Part shown: positions 53,445 to 64,000 of the stretch, piece after piece
Numbering within the stretch: position 1 is the first letter of the stretch
Layout: each line of letters starts with the position of its first letter
Source: the human T2T-CHM13v2.0 reference genome, Homo sapiens
Length of the DNA stretch: 64,000 nt
Assembly: GCF_009914755.1 (NCBI RefSeq)
Contig: NC_060934.1
Direction: 5' to 3' (one strand)
The notes under the pieces: model-generated
What the model was told of the DNA's origin: nothing
Seen by the model: only the letters and a program-made list of their open reading frames with translations
Databases searched by the model: none
Made by a program: the position numbers and the translations under genes

Positions 53445-56400
53445 AGATATATAAAGCAAATACTATCAGATCTAAAGGGAGAGAAGACTCCAATACAATA
53501 ATAATGGGTTGCTGAAGTCCCCCACTCTCAGTATACTCAGTATACAAAAAAAAAAAAAAATTGGATTTAAACTGCACTTTAGACCAAACGGACCTAACAG
53601 ACATTTACAGAACATTTCACTCAACAGCTACAGAATATATACATTATTCTCATTAGCACATGAAACATTCTCCAAGACAGACTATATGTTAAAACACAAA
53701 ACAAATCTCAAAAAAAACTTAAAAATTGAAATCATATCAAGTATCTTCTCGTACCACAGTAGCATAAAACTAGACAACAAGAAGAGAAACTTTGAAAACC
53801 ATATAAATACATAGAAATTAAACAACCCGCTCCTGAATGACCATTAGGTCAATGAAGAAATTAAGGAGGAAATAAAAAAATTATTGAAACAAGTGAAAAT
53901 CAAGACAAAACATACCAAAATATGGAATACAGCAAAAGTAGTACTAAGAGGTAAGTTTATAGTATTATAGTAACAAATGTCTATGTTTTTAAAAAAGTAG
54001 AAAGATTTCAAATAAACAATCTAATAGTACACCTCAAGGAACTGGAAAAGCAAGAACAAACCAAACCCAAAATTAATAAAAGGAAAGAACTAATAAAGAT
54101 CAAGGCAGAAATAAATGAAATAGAGACTTAAAAACAATACAAATGGTCAACATGAAAAGTTGGTTTTTCAAAAAGATAAACAAAATTGATAAACTGCTAG
54201 CTATACTAACCAAGAAAAGAAGACAGAAGGCCCAAATAAAATCAGAAACAAAAAAGGAGACATTACAATTGATACCACAGAAATACAAAAGATCATCAGA
54301 GACTATTATGAACAACTATATGCCAACAAGCTGGAAAACCTAGAGAAAATGAATAAATTCATGGACACACACAACCAAGGTTGAATCAGGAAGCAGTAGA
54401 AAACCTGAACAAACCAATAACTTGTAATGAGATTGAATCTGTAATCAAGTCTCCCAACAAAGAAAAGCCCAGGACTGGAAGGCTTCACTGCCAAATTCTA
54501 CCAAAATTACAAAGGAGAACCAACACCAATTATTCCAACTATTCCAAAAAAACTGAAGAGGCAGAAACTCCTCCTAACTCATGCTACAAGGCCAGCATGA
54601 CCCTGATACCAAAACCAGACAAGGACACACACAAAAAAGAGAAAACTACTGGCCAATATCCCTGATAAAAACAAATGCAAAAATCCTCAACATAATACTA
54701 GCAAATCAAATCCAATGACACATTAAAATGATAGTACACCATGATCAAGTGGGACTTATCACAGCGTTGCAAGAATGGTTCAAACATGCAAATCAATAAA
54801 CATGATACATCACATCAACTGAATAAAGGACAAAAACCACATGATCATCTCAATAGATGCAAATAAAGCATTTGACAAAATTCAGCATCCCTCAACAAAC
54901 TAGGTGTAGAAGGAACATACCTCAAAATAATAAAGCCCATATATGACAGATCCACAGCTAACATCATACTGAATGGGGAAAAGTTGAAAGCCTTTCCTCT
55001 TAAAACTGGAACAAGACAAGGATGTCCACTTTCATCTTTCACCATAATACTGGAAGTCATAGCCAGAACAATCAAATAAGAGAAAAATAGAAGGCTTCCA
55101 ACTTGGAAAAGAAGAAGTCAAGTTGTTGCTCTTTGCAGATGACATGATTTTACACCTAGAAAAACCTAAAGACTCTATCAAAAAAACCTCTCAGATCTGA
55201 TAAATGAATTCAGTAAAGTTTCAGGATACAAAAGCAACCTACAGCAATCAGTAGCATTTCTATATAACATTAATGAACTATCTGAGAAAGAAATGGAAAA
55301 GGCAATCCCACTTAAAATCGCTACGAAAAACCAAACTACCTAGGAATAAATTTAACCAAGGAAGTGAAAGACCTGTACAAGGAAAACTACAAAATATGTA
55401 TGAAAGAAATTGGAGATGACACAAACAAATGGAAAGACATCTTATGCTCACAGATCAGAATAATTAACATTGTTAAAATTGTCATAATACCCAAAGAAAT
55501 TTGCCGATTAAATGCTATTCCTATCAAAATATCAACAGCATCTTTCCCAGAATTAGGAAAAATGATACTAAAATTCCTGTGGAACCAAAAAGGAGCCCAA
55601 ATAGCCAAAGCAATTTGAGCAAAAAGAACAAAACAAGAGGCATTACTTTACCTAATTTCAAAATATATTACAGATTCTATAGTAACAAAAACAGCGTGGT
55701 ATTGATATAAAAACAGACACATTACCCAATGGAACAGAATAGATAACCCAGAAATAAATCCATATATTTACAGCCAAACTGATTTTCAACAAAGGCATGA
55801 AGAACATACATTAGGGAAAAGACACCCTCTTCAATAAACGGTGTTAGGAAAACTAGATATCCTTATCCAGAAGAATGAAACTGAACTCCTATCTCTCACT
55901 ATATACAAAAGCCAACTCAAGATGAGATTAAAGGCTTAAATGTAAGACTCAAAACTATAAATCTACTAGAAGAAAACATAGAGGAAACACTTTAGGACAT
56001 TGGCGTAGGCAAAGATATGGCTAAGACCTCAAAAGCACAGGGAACCAAAACAAAAATATATGAATGAGACTATATTAAACTAAAAAGCTTCTGCACTACA
56101 AGGAAAGCAATCATCAGAGTGAAGACAGAACCTGTTGTATGGGAGAAAATGGTTTGCAAACTATTCATCTGATAAGGGATTATTATCCATAATATATAAG
56201 AAACTCAAACAACTCAACAGTTAAAAAATAATAACCCCATTAAAAAGTAGTCAAAGGACATGAATAGACTTTTCTCAAAAGAAGACACACAAGTGGCCAA
56301 CCGGTATACAAAAAAATGCTCAACATCACTAATCATCATCACTAATCATTAGGGAAATACAAATCAAAACCACAAAGAAATATCATCTTACTCTAATTAG

Positions 56401-57215
56401 AATGGCTATTAGTAAAAAGACAAAAAATAACAGATGCTGGTGAGGATGCAGAGAAAAGGGAACTCATACACTGTTAGTGGGAATGTAAATTGTACAGCCA
56501 TTATACAAAATAGTACGGAGATTTCTCAAAAAACAAAAAATAGAACTACCATATGATTCAGCAATCCCACTACTGAGTGTCTGTCCAAAGGAAACAAATC
56601 ATTATATCAAAAGGTTACCTGCACTCTCATGTTTATTGCAGAGCTATTAGCAATAGCAAAGATATGAAATCAACCTAAGTTTCCATCGACGGATGAATGG
56701 ATAAATAAAATGTGGCATATATACACAATGGAATACTATCTGACCATAAAAAAATAAAATCATGTCATTTGCAGCAACATGGATGGAACTGGAAGTTCTT
56801 ATGTTAAGTGAAATAAGCCAGGCATAAAAAGACAAGTATCACATGTTTTCACTCATATGTAAAAGTTTAAAAGTCCATGTCATGGAGGTAGAGAGCAGAA
56901 TGATAGTCAACAGAGGCTGGGAAGGGTGTGGAGGTGGGAGATGAAGAGAGGGTGGTTAATGAGTACAAACATATAGTTAGATACAAGGAATATGTTCTAA
57001 TGTTCAATAGCAGAATAGGGTGACTATAGTTAACAACAATGTATTGTATATTTCAAAATAACTGGAAGAGAGAACTTGAAATGTTCTTAACACATAGAAA
57101 TTATAAATGCTTGAGGTGATGAGTATCCTAAATACCCTGACTTGATCATTATATGTTCTGTGCATGTTACAAAATACCACATGTACCCCACAAATAGATA
57201 TATTATTTATCAACT
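53445..57215 (+). mobile_element. 5'-truncated L1 (L1MA-like)
   Basis: ORF2 remnants [15 protein letters not shown] and KDLYKENYK...NKWKDI; L1MA-type 3'UTR. Confidence 0.92.
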
Positions 57216-59640
57216 AAAAACCTCATAGTAAAATGGAATTAGAAAAGATCTAACTTGGCCTGACAAAGAGAATCTACAAAAAACCCATACAACATACATC
57301 ATACTAAAAGGGGAATGTTGGAAATGATTGGTTCCTATAAGAATCAAGTTAAAGGGAGAATATGTACTGTCATCACTTTTATTCATTGTTGCACTAGAGA
57401 TTTTAATTGGTACAATAAAAAATAAAATAAAACTGGTCATTGTCTGCAGCCACTATGATTATTTACATAGAAAACCCCAAAGAATCTACAAATAAATTAA
57501 TAGAAAGCATTAAAAAGGTCAAGGTGGCTTTTATAAAATCAGCACATAAAAGTCCATTTCATTTTACATACCAGCAACAAATAATAAAATCACAATTAAA
57601 AAGATGTTTACAATAGTGCCCAGGGATAAATCTAACAAAAGACATGAAAAATATGCAGATCATTACAAACATATTGAAAGACATTGGAGAAGATCGAAAT
57701 AAAGGAGAGGTATCCCAAGTTCACAAATAGGAGGGCCTCAGAAAGAAGTCGGTTCACTCAAATTGATCTATAGATTCAATGCAACTTAAGTCAAACTCTC
57801 AACAAAACTTCTGCTTCCATATGGCAGGCTAGTTAATTTGAACTAGGCTTCTTGAAGATGAGATCTTTTAAAATCTGGCATATATCTTTTAAAAAAGCAT
57901 AAAAGAGCTTACTGAATGAAAATTAGAGAGAGAGCAAGAGTAATTAAGCATAGCATTGGGGCTTCTCTTACCCCAGGGCTATCTAGTGCTCTTGAATAGG
58001 CGGTCTAGAGAATGACCTGCATTTTTTCAGTCCTTGCAGATGTAGAGGGTACAAGAACTGGAGTCCAGCACCACCAAGGATGGGGAAACCCTGATAAGTC
58101 ACCACCCTCCTTAAGTTAGGATCCCAAAGGACTGCACCACAGGAATTAGGATTAAATATAAATCAACCAATCTCCAAATGGACTGTAGCCCAGTTTTGAG
58201 TCATCTGGATGGCTCAGAAAAATCTCAAACTCTGAAACTGTATGAAGATGATCCTGGGTTGGTACAAGTAGGAGTTAACAAGAAGTAAATTTTAAAATCT
58301 TCTATAGGGGAAGATACTATCTTAGGCCTCAAATTGTTTCTACAAATACTTTTTTAATACAATGTCCAGCACACAATTAAAATAAACCAGAACTCTAGGA
58401 GACAAGATAAAATGCGTAGAAACCAGCGGAAATAATAAACCGCAGGACAAACACATGGGTTCTCCAAACAATGGAATTCTCAAACACAGTCTATAAAATA
58501 CCTATCTTTACTACAATGAAGGAGATAAAGCCAAACCTAAAACACTTGGGAAGAAACTGAAAGTGGCACAGCAGATTTGAAAAGAGAACAAACTAAAATT
58601 CTAGAATTGAAAAATATATAACTGGAATAAACAATCAAATTCCTGGCTTTTCTTCTCAGTTAAGAGCCAAAAAGAAAATTCGTAGACTGGATTACAGGTA
58701 AAAATGAATGAATGCATGCATACAAACGTGTATACATACAACCCCAAAAGAAGTATGGAAGAAGAAAAAAGAGAAAAGCACAGAGAAGACACATGCAGAT
58801 TACAATGAGAAGGTCTAACATATACCTAGCTGGAGTCCCTGAGAATGAGAAAATGGAACAAAAGCAATATGTGAAGAAATAATGACTCAAACTTTTCCAA
58901 AAACTGATGAAGGACTTTAATTCAGTTTCAAGAATCTCAACAAATCCCAAGAGAGGTAAAATATACAGTAGCATACGTTGAGAGAATTAGTGGGAAAGGG
59001 TTTTTTAAATCCTTTACTGTTACAGTAAAACTACAGAAAGCAAGAGATAAAGAAACATAAGCGGTCTTGAAAACAGAAGAGTAACGGAAAACAACTATTC
59101 ATACAAAACTTTTAGCAAAGTTAAAACAACGTTAAATTTCTAATTAATAAAAACACTACAGTGAGTAGAGGATTTTTGCCTTTAAAGACGTGTACAAAGT
59201 TTATAGAGAACCAGAAAATAAGTCCTTCTAAGACAAGACAGGTAACCACATAGAGCCAAGAGGATGAATAATGACATCATGTACAGTCCTGCCTTCCTCC
59301 ATAGTCTGCTGGGTTCAGCTGTGTTGGTGAATTCAGTGGTTCTTGTCCGATGGTGCGAAACTCAAGTGCTGGGGGAAATTATGTATGACCCATAATAATG
59401 TCAAAATTCTGCTGATATCATTCCTCTATTTAACAATCGTGTATAAACTAATTCTCATCAAAGAAATATGTATCATAGAACATACTGTACACGTGGAGAG
59501 AATTAAAATACACAGTAGCATACGTTGGGAGAATTAGTGGGAAAGGGTTTTTAAAATCCTTTACTGTTCAAAAGGAGGGTAAAAATATCAACTACAATTG
59601 AATATTTAGAAAGTAAAGAAATGCTGTAATCGCAAGGGTA
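57216..59640 (+). mobile_element. highly decayed L1M fragments
   Basis: A-rich; acatagaaaaccccaaagaatctacaaataaa, aaattgatctatagattcaatgcaa, and ORF1-like aaggtctaacatatacctagctggagtccc. Confidence 0.6.
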
Positions 59641-60329
59641 TTGCGATTGTTAGGTTGGGCTAATTTCTGTAATAAACAACCCCCAAAATCTCAGTGGTTA
59701 TGGAATAAATGTTTCCTTCTGGCTTCGGTCACCAACTAATGCAGATGGGTGGGGCTCTATTCGGCGCAGCTACTCAGTGGTCCAGGTTCCTCCCACGTTT
59801 TGGGTCTGTCTCCCCGGGAGCCTCGGGTCCTCCCTGGGATCCCGTATCTGGCTACCGATAAGAAGAGGGAGACAGCAGGTGTGGAGGAGACTTTTTAGGA
59901 GCCATGCCTAGAAGTGGTGGATGTCTTTTATGTCCAAATTCCAATGAGCAGAACTGAGCAAATAAAAGGGAATTGGACGAATTCAGTTTTGGCTCCACCA
60001 AATAGCCTAACTGGTGACAGAAGGGGCCGGGGGAAGAAGGTGGGGGAAGAAGAATGATGAACGAATACTCCCAATCAATCAAAAAGAGGCAAGAAAATAG
60101 AAGAAATGCAAGGGTTTCCAATCCATACTACACCCCTGTCACTCTTGGGACCGCAACTTGCCCTCCCAGAGCCTCGGTTTTGTAAACAAAAAACATAAAA
60201 TACTTCCTAGGGATGGTAAACTGATTCAACCAGATAACGCAGGGAAAATGCTTCGCACGCCGCCTGACACGAACTTACTGTGCCTGGCTGCTGCTGTTAT
60301 TTATCACTAACACTTGCCACACCAGCTCA

Positions 60330-60640
60330 AACGCGCGTATTTGCGGACCAGGCGCTGAGGGTCACGTGAGCAGCTTGGGGCCGGGAGGATCCCCTAGCGC
60401 CACCCCGGCCCCGCCCCGCGCGTAGCGACGCCCACGCGCCCGGGCCGGAAGAGAGGTTGCTTAGCAGCGTGTGTTTCTCCCTTGCCTCTGCGGCGGCGGA
60501 GGCCTGGCGATGCCCAAGAACGCAGTGGTCATCCTGCGCTATGGGCCCTACAGCGCGGCAGGCCTACCGGTGGAGCACCACACCTTCCGCCTGCAGGGCC
60601 TGCAAGGTGGGCCTCCTCGCCGCGTGCGCCCCTGAGGGCC
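60330..60640 (+). promoter_or_regulatory. CpG island / promoter of C10orf53
   Basis: High CpG density; CACGTG E-box (60363), GC box CCCCGCCCC (60409), ETS CCGGAAG (60445), X-box-like GTTGCTTAGCAGC (60456). Confidence 0.85.
60510..60606 (+). CDS. C10orf53: C10orf53 (UPF0728) first coding exon, MPKNAVVILRYGPYSAAGLPVEHHTFRLQGLQ
   Basis: ATG in the CpG island, 97 nt to AAG|gtgggc donor; peptide recognised as the C10orf53 N-terminus, the known downstream neighbour of CHAT; not in the ORF track. Confidence 0.9.
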
Positions 60641-61762
60641 CCAGCCTCTGAGCATCCGTGCAGGTGGTGCCCTGTGCCTAGGCCTTCCTCAGACCCCCAC
60701 GAAGCGCCACCTCTCCAGGAAGTCTTCCCCAGGATGATGTTGCAACCTATGGCTTCCAGGGCTGGGCTAAAAGAGTGGGAAGGCTCTTCTATCCAAGAGT
60801 GAGCTGTGGGCCCACCCAGTGCCCAGCAAATTACAGAAATTACCTCCATAGAAAAAATTACATAACCCTGCTTTAAGAATTGGGAAACTGAGGATCAAGA
60901 ATATTAAGTGACTTTCACAACTCAAATGGCTGGGAAGTAGCGTTGCTGGTATTCCATCTCTTAATCGTTCATGCAGCAGACTTTTATTAAGCACGCAGTG
61001 TGTGTTGGACACCCTTCCAGGGACTGAGGACACACTGTTAAACAGTGATGAATGTCCTTGAAGTAATCTCCTTGTTAACTGCTAAATGACAGCTGTGCCT
61101 AAGCTCTGACTGAGGCTAGGTGGTGCCATGGGAGCTAACCACAGTGGGACCTGTGACTAGCCATAATGGGAGGGGAGAGGGAGAGGTCTGGAAAGGCTCA
61201 TTTAAGTGGAGCCTTAAATGAGCCCACATTTAAGTAGACCTTTAAAGAATGAGTAGAAACTAACCAGGTAAAGAGAGGAATGCCTTCCAGGCAGAGGGAC
61301 TAATAATATAGGCAATGGCTGGAGGCATTCAATAAATGATGTATTAATATTTGTTAAACTGATGGGGGATGAGGCTGGAGAGGTAATCAGGCCAGATCCT
61401 GCAGTGCCGCAGATAAGTTTTAGGCAGGGGATGAAGCTGTTGCTGCTCTGAGGAGAACAGATTAGAGGGGGCAAGAGTGGAAACAAGGAAGACAAGTCTG
61501 TTGGGGTGGTCCAGGGCTGAGATGAGAGTAGCTTGGACCATAAAGGAGACCATGGATCAAAGTGAAAGCAATGGTACTTCCTGAGAGGATGGAGGTGGGA
61601 GGTAAGGGTAAAAAGAATGTTATCCGGATCTAATCAGTGTCTGACTTGAAACAGTGCTGATGGATGGATGTACTGTCCACTAAAATCAAAGACACCAAAG
61701 ATGGACCAAAATTTGGAGGAATATGTGGAATCGTTCCAAAGGAACAGTCTATTTTGGTCATA

Positions 61763-61968
61763 CAGATAGTCCCCAACTTAGACTTCTTGACTTTAGCATG
61801 GGTTTATTGGGAGGTAACCCTATCCTAAGTTGAGGCACATCTGAACCTACAATGGTTCCACTTAACGATTTTTCCACTTTATGATGGGCTTATCCAGGTA
61901 TTAAGCCCACTTTCCATTTACAGTGGGCTCATTGGGACCTAGCCCCATCATAAGTCAAGGAGCATCTG
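61763..61968. mobile_element. Tigger/MER82-like MITE
   Basis: TIRs CAGATAGTCCCCAACTTA ... TAAGTCAAGGAGCATCTG with preceding TA; interrupts an antisense L2. Confidence 0.65.
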
Positions 61969-62354
61969 AATTAAGTTTCATGTGCTTTCGGCTACCTAGA
62001 CAGAGGTGCTGAATCAGCTCTGTTGTTCTGGAATTCAGAGAAAAAGTCTGAAATGGAGATAGAAAGATGTGAGTCATTGACTTGGAGAGAACATATAGAA
62101 TGAGATGAGAGCCCAGGAATGACCATTGATGAACTCCCATCCTATGACCCAAACTAAGAGTCTTCCAGGCAAAATACCCTGAAGCCTAAGGACACAAAAA
62201 TTAGTTTTAGCTGAGCAATCAGGGAAAGCCTCCTGGAAGAGATGGCATTTGAGTTTGAGTTTGAAGGATGGGTAGGATTTCAATCAGCAGAGGAAGTTAC
62301 TTTCTGTGAGAGAACAGTTGATAGAGAAATTTCTGTTGCAAATACCTCCATGTT

Positions 62355-62746
62355 TGTATTTGTCTATTGGGATTGCCAAAACAAAATACCATAGACTATG
62401 GGACTTAAACAATAGAAATATATTTTTTCAGTCTAAAGGCTAAAAGTCCCTGATCAAGGTCTGGCAAGGTCAGCTTCTGGTGAGGGCTCTGGGCGCTCTT
62501 CCTGGCTTGCTGACAGCCACCTTCTCTTTTGTCCTCACCTGGTGGGATTATATGGGGAGAGCGGGGAGCAAGCTCACTGGTGTCTCTTCTTATAAGAAGA
62601 AAGACACTAATCCTATCAGATTGGGTCCTCATCCTTATAACCTCATTTAACCTTAATTACCTCTTTAAGCACCTGTAGTCACATTGGGAGTTAGGGCTTC
62701 CATATATGAAGTTGGGGGAAGGGGGGCAACAATTCAATTCCTAGCA
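62355..62746 (-). mobile_element. MaLR LTR (MLT1A-like)
   Basis: aaataccatagact...cttaaacaatagaaat...gttagggcttccatatatgaa; TSD atgtt/gtgtt. Confidence 0.85.
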
Positions 62747-62899
62747 GTGTTGCATGGTGATGTTTAAAATGTTTTGTAGTTTTGGCTAAGAAGACAGCCT
62801 AAATAAGTGACTTTTCTCTTCCTCCCCCTCTGATGAGCCACACCTACCCACCCTCACCTCATAATCTACCTTTAGTTTATGTTCACTGTCTCTAAAAAT

Positions 62900-64000
62900 A
62901 ACGTGGGTAAAACATATATTTAAAATGTTGCCATTTTAACCATGTTAAGCATACAATTCAGTGACATTAATTATCTTTACAATGTTGTGGAACCATCACT
63001 ATTCTCTCTTTTTAAAATTTTTCAACACCCCAGACAGAAACTGTATTCCTTAAGCAACAACACCCTATCCCTCTGTGTCCAGAATTTATTCCTTCTGGTG
63101 GGTTCATGGTCTCGCTGACTTCAAGAATGAAGCCAGGGACCTCGCGGTGAGTGTTACAGCTCTTAAAGGTGGTGCATCCAGAGTTGTTTGTTCCTCCTGG
63201 TGGGCTCGTGGTCTCGCTGACTTCAGGAATGAAGTTGCAGACCCTTGCAGTGAGTGTTACAGCTCTTAAAGGTGGTGCAGACCCAAAGTGAGCAGCAGCA
63301 AGATTTATTATGAAGAGTGAAAGAACAAATCTCCCAAAGCGTGGAGGGGGACAGGAGCCAGTTGCTGCTGCTGGCGCAGGTGGCCAGCTTTTATTCCCTT
63401 AGTTGGTCCCGCCCATGTCCTGCTGATTGGTCCATTTTACAGAGTGCTGATTGGCTCATTTTACAGAGTGCTGATTGGTGCATTTACAATCCTCTAGCTA
63501 GACACAGAGTGCTGATTGGTGCATTTACAATCCACTAGCTAGACAGAAAAGTTCTCCAAGTCCCCACCCGACCCAGAAGCCCAGCTGGCTTCACCTCTCA
63601 CCTCCACCCCCAGCCCCTGGTAACCTGCAATCTACTTTGTAGCTTATTTCACTTAGCATAATATTTCAAGGTTTATCCATGCTACAGCATGTATTATACT
63701 ACTTTATTCCTTTTTGTGGCAGATATGCCATATTTTGTTTATCTGTTTATCTGTTGATAGACACTTGGGTTGTTTCCACCTTTCCGCTACTGTGAATAGT
63801 GCTGTTATGAACACTGGTAAACAAATATCTGTTTGAATCCCTTTGTTTTAAGGGACTGAAATTGCTGAGTCATATGGTAATTCTATATTTAACTTTTTGA
63901 GGAATGACCAAACTGTTTTCCAAAGCAGCTGCACCATTTTACATTCCCACTAGCAATGCACAAGGATTTCAATTTTCTTTGGTTTTAATTACAGCGATCG
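62900..64000 (-). mobile_element. L1M 3' fragment interrupted by LTR12
   Basis: tacaattcagtgacattaatt...ccagcccctggtaacc...ttttacattcccactagcaatg. Confidence 0.8.
63074..63600 (-). mobile_element. ERV9 solo LTR (LTR12 family, LTR12F-sized)
   Basis: Reverse complement begins TGAGAGGTGAAGCCAGC and ends ...TGGACACA; 4-bp TSD CCTC; four CCAAT boxes; 527 bp. Confidence 0.92.

Noticed and set aside
52643-55618. Reverse-transcriptase-like ORFs
   Set aside because: Frameshifted L1 ORF2 remnants, not an active or novel RT system

Overview
Human (primate) genomic DNA, recognised from the translated exons as the cholinergic locus at 10q11.23. The + strand carries the last 13 coding exons of CHAT (choline O-acetyltransferase; exons 3-15 in 748-aa isoform numbering, 535-45857). 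All are GT-AG and splice in frame into the known protein, including catalytic His442. A ~2.9-kb 3'UTR ends near an AATAAA at 48732. A LINE-1-rich intergenic block follows, then the CpG-island promoter and first coding exon of C10orf53 (60510-60606). Introns hold Alu, MIR, L2, L1, MaLR LTRs, a MER85 piggyBac MITE, an LTR12 solo LTR and microsatellites. Almost all ORFs in the supplied track are non-coding artefacts. I found no hidden new gene system. The strongest leads are regulatory or structural: (1) a MER85 (CSB-PGBD3 target class) in intron 7; (2) a frame-preserving 630-nt exon 6-9 skip (pChAT-like); (3) paired RBFOX sites plus AATAAA before symmetric exon 11; (4) a 165-bp direct duplication bracketing the poly(A) sites; (5) a 194-bp inverted duplication inside an old L1; (6) a UGA-C stop followed by 93 open codons; (7) recurring homeodomain-dimer motifs; (8) an antisense LTR12 promoter in C10orf53 intron 1. 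Repeat subfamily names and boundaries were assigned by eye, not by a search.
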